From Carpediemonas membranifera BICM (lineage: Eukaryota; Protista; Fornicata): a stretch of DNA of 64,000 bases. Where the stretch lies: positions 111,665-175,664 of the forward strand of contig JAHDYR010000041.1 in assembly GCA_019828565.1 (NCBI GenBank), written 5' to 3'. The position numbers were made by a program, and so were the translations under genes. Under the pieces are notes generated by a model that worked only from the letters and a program-made list of their open reading frames with translations, was not told where the DNA came from and searched no databases. Of this stretch, positions 31,122 to 40,630 are shown piece by piece (position 1 is the stretch's first letter; every line of letters begins with the position of its first letter).

Positions 31122-33860
31122 ATGACGAATTCTCTGATAACGTGGGTTCTCGGGAATCTTGTCGTCTCATTCCCGCCTGATACGACCGGTGACCACATAT
31201 GTTGCGCCATATACTCGCATCTCTTCTCCTCTCGTCTCCCAGGCTTCAATAAGAGAAAGATACACGAAGAAAACGTATTCCAGCACGCCATCCGGGAATT
31301 GGGCAGCATGAGGAACGATATAAGCCAATGTTTCACCAGCAACGTGAAGAACGATTGGAAGCGTGCAGTCCAAAGGATGACTTCTTCCAACCTTGTCACA
31401 GTTCATCCAGTCAACGACGAAGTTGAACGTTTGCGTGCCCGCGTTCAGGAGCTAGAGAAGCAATTGCGTGACACGACCTGCTTGCTGGACATGATGAGCT
31501 CGCTGAACGCCATTCTGTCCGGCAAGAACAACGACACGGCATTCCACTCGATGTTCAACAGCTTTGCGAGTCGGCTGGGACTAGACACGATAGGAAGGAC
31601 TCAGAAGCGCCGGGAGCCGATTGCCGGGCTGGACATGAGCATACTCAATATCCCAGGCCTTCGCGAGGCACTGTCGGAGGAGGAGGTGGCCGATCTGTCT
31701 TGCTTCATTCCCGTGGAGTATGCCATCCAAGAGGCTGGCGTCACAGTCACAGCTGACAGCTCCAGGCTGACTGTCCCTATCGGTCAGACCGTCAATTTCA
31801 TTGGTTCGCAGGAGCTCATTGACGCAACCGTGGAACGTCTGCAGCTCACCCCGACTGACGCTGTCCGCTTTGGCCAGACAACCAAGCTACTATATGCAGA
31901 CGCGATAGATGCGAAACAGGCACGTGATACTGTCCGGGCCGACAGGATTCATAGACGGCAGGGACTTCGCTCTACAATTATTTCCCCCAACCCCTGGGAT
32001 TTTGTTAGTTCGGTTTTCTTTGACTGTGAGGCCATATGCACCTCGGTCCTTCTTCGTCCGATGGCATTTGTTGCCGATAAGCCTGCTCGGAAGACATGTC
32101 TGGAGGTATGCGCAAAGGACGACGAAGTTGAGGCTGGCAGGGTCTTCAACCTTGAGTTGTGCCTGTGGGTTGACGGCTGGAAGCATGGAACTACTGCAGT
32201 TAAGTTCAGGCTTGGTGACAAGGAGGGCATTGCCATTCCTGGGAAGTTGACCCGGGTCTTCACACTCTTGGAGTTCATCGGCCACGAGGACCAAATTCCA
32301 TCTTTGTACCCCCGTATTGCTGCGGAGATCAGTAACTTGGTTAACCTCCACTTCTGTGTCCGGCAGACTGGCGCTATTGCCCAAATTTGCCGCGTCCATA
32401 CCCTGGCCGACAACAAGGCTCTCCAAGTTCTGCTCGGAACCATGCGCGGCGGCAAGAACAGGTGTGTGTTTTCTGTTCTCAGTGATTCAGAGTTCATTTC
32501 CAACCCGTATGGATTCAGTACCATACGCGATCGTATCGCCGCTGCCAACCCACAGTACAAGGTCATCTCTGTGCAGTTATCCGACCTACTCCTCCGCCGA
32601 CAGATGTACTACGCGGCACAAAAGCAAGAGATTGATCATCTGAGCAGTACACTGGGCCCAGGCAGACGAGTGAGGATCAAAGAGAAGGATCGGATCACCT
32701 TGGATCTTCAACACCGGTACGGTAAGTACAAGTGGGATGAGAATCAGTTCATCCCTCTGTTCCAGGACAGCCCTGCTCTTGCCGAGTTGACAACAGTCGC
32801 CCCGCCGCTGATGCACACCAGCCATGAGCTCCTTGAGCAAGTCGCGTGTCTGGTTAAGATGTTTCCACAACCACCACGCAACCCAGAACTCTCTTTCTGG
32901 CGTCAGCAGAGCGGCAATACTGAGTTCGTCAGAACAGTTGGCTGCAACGAGCAAGAGAGAGCTCGTGCAAGACTGGCAGTCCTGGCTACCTCACATATCA
33001 CGTGTGTGCCAGAGTGTGTGAGAGAGCTTTTCCGTGTCATCGCTCACCTCCAGCATCTTTACTACTCGATGGAGGACCCGACCCCTGAGCTGATCCGCTG
33101 GCATTGGGTCGCCGCCGCAGTCATACACGCGTTCCACACCGCAATGAGCATCTGCCCTGATGGCTCATACCGCACCAAGACCAAGAGTGCGGAAATGAAG
33201 AAGCCTTGTGTCATAACCCTTAAGATGCACGCTGCCGTTGCAGTCATTCCGTTGATCCATCAGGAGACTATGCTCCCTCTGACGTTCATGCTGGAGGAAC
33301 ATTTTGAGCGATCATTCCTGCCCAACATGGAGATGAAGCAACGCGCTCAGAGAGCTCGAATTCTGCATCTCGTCAGTCTGATGTCCCAGGCGAAGTACAT
33401 CAAGCGTGCGTTGCTGAGGACTGAGTCCGCTGGCAGGAGACAGCACAGCATTCCGGCGCTGGGAACACTTGTTGCCATGCATGTACATGAGTGCGTGAAG
33501 AGTGCCCAGATGTGGAAGAAGGTGCGCGGAATGAGTGTGGATCCATTGGAGAACGCAGGTCTAGACCAGCTGAAACGTGATCTCACCACGTTCTGGCGAA
33601 CATTCGACTCGAGAATGGCACAGGATGTGATGACATGCCAGGTAGTCTGGGACGATGGTATGCTGCACTGCCAGTTACCAAAGCGCACGGAACCGCGTAA
33701 TCCCGTGGAAATCACGGTATGTATATGCGAACATTTGGGAGCTGGTCACGATTCGTCTGATGACGAGGCTTATCGCCCAGGGAAGTCGAGGAAGAGTGCC
33801 AAGAAACGGAAACAGCCTACTATTCCGTCATTTGGTGGGTTCCAGCCAGACAATGAGTAA
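31122..33860 (+). CDS. Putative DDE transposase of element A (~912 aa; Transib/RAG1/CMC-like)
   Basis: WVDGWK, LADNKA..GTMRGG..C, PPLMH, RTVGCNEQ.RAR, MH..VIPLI..LPL..LEEHFER, HEC..CIC; all shared with the two paralogs; lies inside a TIR/TSD-bounded unit. Confidence 0.75.
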   Translation: MTNSLITWVLGNLVVSFPPDTTGDHICCAIYSHLFSSRLPGFNKRKIHEENVFQHAIRELGSMRNDISQCFTSNVKNDWKRAVQRMTSSNLVTVHPVNDEVERLRARVQELEKQLRDTTCLLDMMSSLNAILSGKNNDTAFHSMFNSFASRLGLDTIGRTQKRREPIAGLDMSILNIPGLREALSEEEVADLSCFIPVEYAIQEAGVTVTADSSRLTVPIGQTVNFIGSQELIDATVERLQLTPTDAVRFGQTTKLLYADAIDAKQARDTVRADRIHRRQGLRSTIISPNPWDFVSSVFFDCEAICTSVLLRPMAFVADKPARKTCLEVCAKDDEVEAGRVFNLELCLWVDGWKHGTTAVKFRLGDKEGIAIPGKLTRVFTLLEFIGHEDQIPSLYPRIAAEISNLVNLHFCVRQTGAIAQICRVHTLADNKALQVLLGTMRGGKNRCVFSVLSDSEFISNPYGFSTIRDRIAAANPQYKVISVQLSDLLLRRQMYYAAQKQEIDHLSSTLGPGRRVRIKEKDRITLDLQHRYGKYKWDENQFIPLFQDSPALAELTTVAPPLMHTSHELLEQVACLVKMFPQPPRNPELSFWRQQSGNTEFVRTVGCNEQERARARLAVLATSHITCVPECVRELFRVIAHLQHLYYSMEDPTPELIRWHWVAAAVIHAFHTAMSICPDGSYRTKTKSAEMKKPCVITLKMHAAVAVIPLIHQETMLPLTFMLEEHFERSFLPNMEMKQRAQRARILHLVSLMSQAKYIKRALLRTESAGRRQHSIPALGTLVAMHVHECVKSAQMWKKVRGMSVDPLENAGLDQLKRDLTTFWRTFDSRMAQDVMTCQVVWDDGMLHCQLPKRTEPRNPVEITVCICEHLGAGHDSSDDEAYRPGKSRKSAKKRKQPTIPSFGGFQPDNE

Positions 33861-34290
33861 GTTTGAAGAATATAAAGAAGGATTTATGGCGAGACACCCG
33901 TTTATGAATTTACTCGATTGTATGTAATATGATACAGTTCCACGCTTCAGCCGACGGAAGGCTCCTTTATCGGGACCTTTCGTAAATCCGAAGAAAGAAG
34001 TGCGCAATTCGGACAAGATGGATCAATATGAAGAAAGAAGTGATAGCTCAAAGCTGATCAGCCACAAACTGGCGTTTAACGTTTGTGATCGCGAGATTTC
34101 GGCCTGCATGCGCGTTGTTTCCAAGTGTTTGTCCATTCAAGATGTCGCTGCCGAGGTTAACCACATTAATGAGAATCTTTACCTCGATTCACGCATACCG
34201 AAAGAGCTGAACGCAATTGTGCGTTCTTCTCGCATCATTGAAGAAGCTGTGATTGCATTCGCCACAAACAGCATAGTTCGCGGTCAGTAA
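33853..34290 (+). CDS. Possible small spliced gene downstream of transposase A
   Basis: ATG 33853 and ORF 34000-34290 share a frame; a 27-nt GT..AG (33924-33950) would remove the stop. Confidence 0.3.
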
Positions 34291-34893
34291 CCACTGATGG
34301 CGCGAATCTTGATGCACATTGGCTTCTTAGTGCCTGCGTGGATGTTTGATGTTGTTTTCGTTTCTTTTCGCGAGGTTCGAAGACTCTTTGTATTCATTTT
34401 CATCGTCTTTGGAAATAAATCGACTGAATCTTTCTCGAGTCATTCATTGAATTGCTTGGAATAGGTTTAATTTAAATGGAAATGGATGTGCTAGTCCTCC
34501 TCTACGCCTGAATGCGGACACGGCGCATACTGTCTTTTTCGAAATATCCAAAGTGAGTGCAAATAAAAATAAATAAAGTTGTACCCTCAGGATACTTCTA
34601 TAGTTAGGTACTACTCATGGGAGAAGTTTCCTCTCTTTCTGAACTTCCTACAGAGCAGCAGCCTCAATTCTCGCAAAAACCAGTGAATCTTTTTAATATC
34701 TCGCGATTGTACGTTGGAATATTCCCATAGATCTAGCTCGTGTCCTTATTTGCCTTGAACTAACCTTTACTAGATCTATAGAAATATTCCTACGCTCAAT
34801 CTTGAGATTGGAAGAAGATTTGGTCGAAAAATGGGCAAAAATGGGTACCATACCCACCTCTTGACCGAATTTTAATGAATTTTTTAAAGATAC

Positions 34894-34961
34894 TGGGTAC
34901 CTTACCCATGGGTAAGGTACCCATTCGAGGTGGGTACCTCACCCCCCCCGGAGACAGTATG
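34894..34961 (-). repeat. Right TIR of element A
   Basis: Ends ...GAGACAGTATG, followed by TSD GG (34962-34963). Confidence 0.95.
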
Positions 34962-35503
34962 GGATCATGCCAATTGCCGATCTCAGCTCTATGGAGCTAA
35001 GTGCACTTGAGCTCTGAGCCAAGTCTTCTGATTCCATCTTATCGCCGATAAAAAATTGCAAATTTTGAGATACAGAAGATTGAATCTGTCCCCCAGAAAA
35101 CCGAACATACTCCGATGATGTATACTGACTATATACCGTAGTATGGCCTGCTTTCTGGGGGACAGCTTCATTCTTTTGATTGGTTGATTCAGTCATTAGT
35201 TCCCGGCGACTGAGAAGGAGTTGACGCATAAAAACAACAGAGGATACTCTTTAGAACACACAGACTTTGCTGACAAGGCCACTTGGTCGTACGACCACTT
35301 TTGCCTTCGACCTTAAAATGCGAGAGGCAATTTGCTCGACCACCAATCTCGCACATGTTACATCAAGCATGGATATGTCATTAATGCACTCGCATCTATC
35401 ATTTCAGCTGCTTCTTAGGACTTCGAACGCCCTGAAGCACGAATAAGGAATTTGCGTTTATCCTCCGTATATCCCCGGATTAACTGGCCATTCTAACAGT
35501 ATG
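34962..35503 (-). mobile_element. Terminal ~540 bp of element B copy 1, separated from its body by element A
   Basis: Reverse complement of 39546-40090 (one 3-bp indel, few SNPs); ends ...TTCTAACAGTATG. Confidence 0.9.
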
Positions 35504-37557
35504 CGCGAGACACAAGCCAGAAGCCTTCGCCCTTGCCCTGAAGCCACTACTTGTCGATGTGGCCGAAGGCGTCCCGTACACAAACGTTCTGGCCCACTCC
35601 CGCCTCGTCCCACTGCCCAAGCCTGGCAAACCCGACGAGGTCCGGCCCATCGCCATGGGAGAGGCCCTTCGTCGAGTAGCAGCCAAGCTACTAGCCAAGG
35701 CGGTTACCGCGTCCCTCGCGGATGACCCTCTCCTCGATGACCAGTACGGGCGGGGTGAGTCGTGCGGCACAGAAGTTATGGGTCTGCGCCTGCAAGAAGC
35801 GTATTCCCGTGGCCAAAGCATCTGCGCCGTTGATCTCAGCAATGCGTACGGCACCATGCCCCGCAAATTGTTGAGGTCCACAGCCGCCGCGGCCTGCCCT
35901 GTTGCGATCCCGTACTTTGACGCCGTATATGGCAATGGAAGGCTGGTTCTGCCGTCCGGCCGCGTCGTCGAGTCCCTAGAGGGCATCGCTCAAGGAGACC
36001 CACTGTCCCCCATTCTGTTCACGCTGGCCATGCGGCCAATCATCGACACGCTGAAGACGAAATGGGGCGGCGAGTGGGTTGCCTACCAGGACGACGTCAC
36101 ATGGATTGCCCCCCGGGGACGACTAGCGGCGCCATCCAGGGCTTTTTCGATGGAGCTTGTGAAGCTTTCCGACAAATTGGCGTAACAATGAAACCGGCTA
36201 AATGCCAGTGGATTTGTGCATCCGCGCCGCAGAATGCACGTACTGTTCGCGTTACGTGCTCGCCAACTGGAGTAATCGTGGGAATTCCCATTGGCGGCAT
36301 CGAAGCGGAACGGATGCAGCTCATGACGAAGCTAGACGAGCAGAAACAGATGTTGCTTAGTGTGGTGTCGATGGTTGAAGACATTGGAACGGATGGGACG
36401 TCCGTTGCTCTGAATCTTATCCGTTCGTGTATTCTGCCGAAGCTTTCATTTTTGATGAGATCTGTCGATCCAGCCCAACACCGTGAGACCATACGAAACT
36501 TCGAGTCCAACGTCCTGACGCCGGCGATTGCGAGAATTCTTCTCCTAGACCCTGAGAAGTACAACTCACTCCGGCTCGGCCTCGATTTCTCCGATAACGG
36601 CCTCCGCCTGCCCACCCCGAGCATGACCTGGGACGCAGCTTACCTAGCCGCAACCGCCCAACTGCACGATGTGGGCTGGGACAGAACCCCCGACGAATCA
36701 ACCTTCGCCGCCAACGACACCTCCATCGACTGGCCTCGTGGGATGGACCAGCTCTACGGCAAGCCAGTGACTGGCCTTCAGCGCACCCTAACAAAAATCT
36801 CTCGCGCCCATGCAGCAGCCGTCGCCCCGATCGTGGAGTCGACCCCGGTGACCCCGATTCTCGCGGCCGAAGCCGCCCTGTCCCCCTCTCCTATGCGACG
36901 CCGATCCGTGGCGACCTTTTCACCACCATGGTGAGGTCACACCTCGGCGCACCACCGTTCGAGACGGACTCAACCGTCCGCTGCCCGCTCTGCGGTAACT
37001 CGAATGTGTCGTGGCAGCACACGTTGTCCTGTCCTAAGCTCCTGGAGGGTGCCAGGACCATGCGTCATGACCTAGTTCGTGACTGCGTGCGCTCCTTCCT
37101 GTGGAGTAACGACGTGCTTGCCCGCAAGGAGTTCGCCTTGAACAGTCGCACCCGCGGCTACTCGGCCGACCCAGCCTACCAGAGTAACGCTCGCGCCGAC
37201 GTCTATGTCCCGCTGCGTCGCTCTCCCACGGGCAGGGTCGCCAACGAGCCCATCATCATCGACGTGGTGATCTCGAAGGATCAGGCCAACGCCGAGTCAG
37301 ACAAGTCCGCGCAGTACCACAACTGGTCAGCCGAGCTACTGACGGCCGCCTGCGAGATCACTGGCGAAGCGTGCAGTGATGACCAGGGCGAGTCCTGGTG
37401 TGTGAGATTGTGTAAGATGGTCGGCCTGAGTGTGGGGGCCGGCCGCTTCCTGGAGCAGGAAGTGATGCGCTGCATCTGGAACGGCAACGTCCAGATCTAC
37501 TCGGATTACGTCACGCAGTTCGAGCGGGCCACAGCGCAGGACTGGCTGCGGGAATAA
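35504..37557 (+). pseudogene. 3' half of retrotransposon ORF: RT core, CCHC finger, restriction-like endonuclease (two frameshifts, ~36110 and ~36880)
   Basis: Motifs LVPLPKPG..VRPIAMGE.LRR, VDLSNAY, GIAQGDPLSP, YQDD, IVGIPIG; CPLC..H.LSC, RHD, ADV..IIIDV..K. Confidence 0.9.
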
Positions 37558-37746
37558 TTTGTGCTGGAATCTCATCTCGCGTGTGGAAAGGCCGAGGGGG
37601 CCGGCGACGAGGCTGCGGGAGCAGCCGGAGGAGCCGAACAAGGGATGCCCACAGGTGACACATCTAAGTCGACACAGGCGCGGGAATACAGGCGCGAACG
37701 TCTCTGGACGCAGCGTGAAAGGAGGTTTTCGACCTATTAAACGGCG

Positions 37747-39545
37747 ATGGTAGTCTCAGTCTTTGTCAGCAAAGAAGTCGTGGAGCGGCTTCTGAGCGGG
37801 ACTGAAGGAACTATCCAGCTCGAAGATCCTGTTTCCCAGATCTTCGACGCCGTGCGCATTCTGTTTGGTAAGCATGTACCAAAATCTCTCTTTGCCGAAC
37901 ACTGGTCCTCGTACCAGAAAGTCCGCCGCCTCTTTAACGATGTAGAGCTTGTGAAAAAGCTGTTCATTCAAGATAGAGGACGTCCCGAGCGCTTCACCAA
38001 GAGAGTCTCCGAAGAACTCATTGCCACTGTGAGTCCGCTCTTCCCAGTGATCCAGAGGCCCTCAAACCGAGACTTCAAGCAGAGATTACACCAAGTACTA
38101 AGCTCAATCCAGTTGATCAGGAACCTACCGCCGCATCCCGTCCAATTCCTGATGCACCGAATGGACTCGCGAATCCGTATAGACACAGAGGGCCGTGACC
38201 ATACGCTATCCCTAGGCCGCCGCAGGGCTCTACTAGAGCAACTACGGGCGGCGGGATGCCCACGGCTCTCCACCATCGATGAGATTGACAACGGACCCGT
38301 TGCGTCAGCCCACCAAACATCAGGAACGCAAATCGAGAGGGAGGAGATGATGATCGCGGAGCTTATACCCCCGATAAGTCCACCTCTCGGCTCAGGACCA
38401 CCCACCCCCGCCCAGTCACAGGAGACAGGCATCGTGCCTAGACCTAACGACAGCGAGGAGACCAGTCGGCCCACGAATGTCCAGCCTAGACATAACGGGG
38501 CACCCGCTCCCATGCCTGGCGGCCAAAGCGTGGCTGACACCAACCACCGGGGGATGGACGTACCAACGGTCCGAGTGAACCAGGCTATCGCAGCCTTCGC
38601 TCGTGACCTACGGGACGCCATCCACCCGGACCTGCGGGAAGAGCTCTGGCGTGATGCCGACACAGTCCGCCAGACGCTTCTCTCGCCCCCCGCGCTCGAG
38701 CGAGCCATGGGGACGGAGCGCAGGAGGCACCTCACGAAGGCGCAAGCCATCGAGATTGAGACGTGTCTCCTGCGTGCCGCAGGCGGCCTAACCCTGCCCC
38801 CCCACTTCTCGCGCCGGTTCCCGTCGAACGGGATTGTGGCCAAACATGGCTCACGCCGTGTTGCGGCCGCAGCGCACATCGCTCTGGGGCTGCCGCTCCC
38901 TGCTATATTGGCGCACCCTGCAACACAGGCCACCAACAATAGGCAGACCCGAGCGCCTACAAGACCTCTTGGGTTCCTTCCAGACCCCGCCGACGTGGCT
39001 CGCATCGGCCGCAGCCGACCGACGCGGAGGGGAACCAAGGGTTATGTCCGTGCCCTCATCGGAAAGGTCACCGCCTGCGCGGCAGCCAGAGATGAGGACA
39101 AGCGCGATCGTCTCATCGACGTGATGCTGCACCCACAAACAGCACTTCGCCCCCGGAGGACCCGCCATAATCAGGTGGGAAGCACGTCGAGAAGCCGACT
39201 CGCCTACCAGCACGCCAGACGAGGGTACTACAGCAAGTCCATGAGTGCCCTGGTCTCGGAAGAACTGCAGATGACCCCAGCCGAAGCAGAGGAGAAGATG
39301 GTTCGGATGCAAGCTGACCCCTTCCAAGGCAGTCTTGATGACCTCCCAATCCGCCATCCCCTCGCCCCGCTCACCTCGGTAGAGTTCGAAACTCGGGACA
39401 TCATCGATGTCCTGAGCAGTCTTCCGGCCGACTCGGCTCCCGGTCCGTCGGGCATGAGCTTCCTCCACTTGAAGCTCGCCGCGAGACACAAGCCAGAAGC
39501 CTTCGCCCTTGCCCTGAAGCCACTACTTGTCGATGTGGCCGAAGG
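37747..39545 (+). pseudogene. 5' half of retrotransposon ORF, truncated by element B copy 2
   Basis: Open for ~600 codons and contains the pre-RT motif SAPGPSG. Its last codons overlap the sequence that opens the 3' half at 35504. Confidence 0.85.
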
Positions 39546-40630
39546 CATACTGTTAGAATGGCCAGTTAATCCGGGGATATACGGAGGATAAACGCAAATT
39601 CCTTATTCGTGCTTCAGGGCGTTCGAAGTCCTAAGAAGCAGCTGAAATGATAGATGCGAGTGCATTAATGACATATCCATGCTTGATGTAACATGTGCGA
39701 GATTGGTGGTCGAGCAAATTGCCTCTCGCATTTTAAGGTCGAAGGCAAAAGTGGTCGTACGACCAAGTGGCCTTGTCAGCAAAGTCTGTGTGTTCTAAAG
39801 AGTATCCTCTGTTGTTTTTATGCGTCAACTCCTTCTCAGTCGCCGGGAACTAATGACTGAATCAACCAATCAAAAGAATGAAGCTGTCCCCCAGAAAGCA
39901 GGCCATACTACGGTGGTATATAGTCAGTATACATCATCGGAGTATGTTCGGTTTTCTGGGGGACAGATTCAATCTTCTGTATCTCAAAATTTGCATTTTT
40001 TTATCGGCGATAAGATGGAATCAGAAGACTTGGCTCAGAGCTCAAGTGCACTTAGCTCCATAGAGCTGAGATCGGCAATTGGCATGATCCACCGCCGCAG
40101 AAGGTGCCCAAAGAGGCGCTGACGTTGAGCGGTCGATCATGGCCGTTTAACACATCAACGGGGGCCTCATCCCATGCAGTATCCATAACTTTTTACCATT
40201 TTCTTCTAGCTGCACTGGTTGGCAAATGAGCATTTTGTGTCGCCTTCATCATGGCAATATTCGAGATCAAATCCAGATTTGCTTTTTTTGTGCACAAGGA
40301 GCACAACAGCAAATTCGCAAGTAATGCAGATGAAAATCAGATGAATCTTAATCAGGCACTCTCATACACACACTGCTTTAGTTTCGGAGCCAACGTCCAT
40401 AAACTGAAGGAGTTCTGAACATTGTTTCACCAATTGTGTGAAACTGGTGAAATTGTGAAATAGTGTTGAAACGGCCAGAGAAGAAGAAGGAACCCCGGCA
40501 GCGCAGTTGTAGCTGCTCTTATAGAGCTATAGCAACAGCCAAATTGTCTGATTTATCTCACAGACCGTTGCGCATGTACCTGCCTAGTTTTTGTACAAAA
40601 ATCTTGCTTTTTTTAAACTCTACAGAAATC

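Larger units (their letters stand above)
10522..34961 (+). mobile_element. Giant TIR DNA transposon 'element A' (24.4 kb), complete, inserted in element B copy 1
   Basis: Inverted termini CATACTGTCTCCG8-9TGAGGTACCCACCTCGAATGGGTACCTTACCCATGGGTAAGGTACCCA at 10522-10590 and 34894-34961. Flanks are GCGGTGG| and |GGATCATGCC. The uninterrupted site (revcomp of ~40081-40100, CTGCGGCGGTGGATCATGCC) has one GG, so the TSD is 2 bp. Contains a transposase-like ORF at 31122-33860. Confidence 0.93.
35504..39545 (+). mobile_element. Non-LTR retrotransposon (RLE type, CRE/SLACS-like); one permuted 3976-bp unit from a head-to-tail array
   Basis: The 3' half of the ORF precedes the 5' half. 35504-35569 is repeated at 39480-39545. 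Only ~190 bp separate the stop (37557) from the next ATG (37747). Confidence 0.88.

Noticed and set aside
34526-34534. Extra CATACTGTC (also at ~29739, inside a CDS)
   Set aside because: No TIR continuation, partner end or TSD; treated as chance or an unresolvable relic.
10522-34961. Polinton/Maverick, endogenous virus or Starship interpretation
   Set aside because: No recognisable PolB, packaging ATPase, capsid or retroviral-type integrase. The TSD is 2 bp rather than 6. The YR-like gene appears degenerate and is internal.
37968-39038. Long antisense ORFs (also 957-1745, 29746-30387 and others)
   Set aside because: Shadow frames of GC-rich genes on the opposite strand, with no independent motifs.
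34962-40090. A 5.1-kb element with 540-bp TIRs carrying a reverse transcriptase (DIRS- or Penelope-like, or composite)
   Set aside because: The inverted repeats are the same end of two element B copies. Homology continues beyond 40090 into 10521 and leftward, and the CATACTGT termini face the RT rather than the outside.
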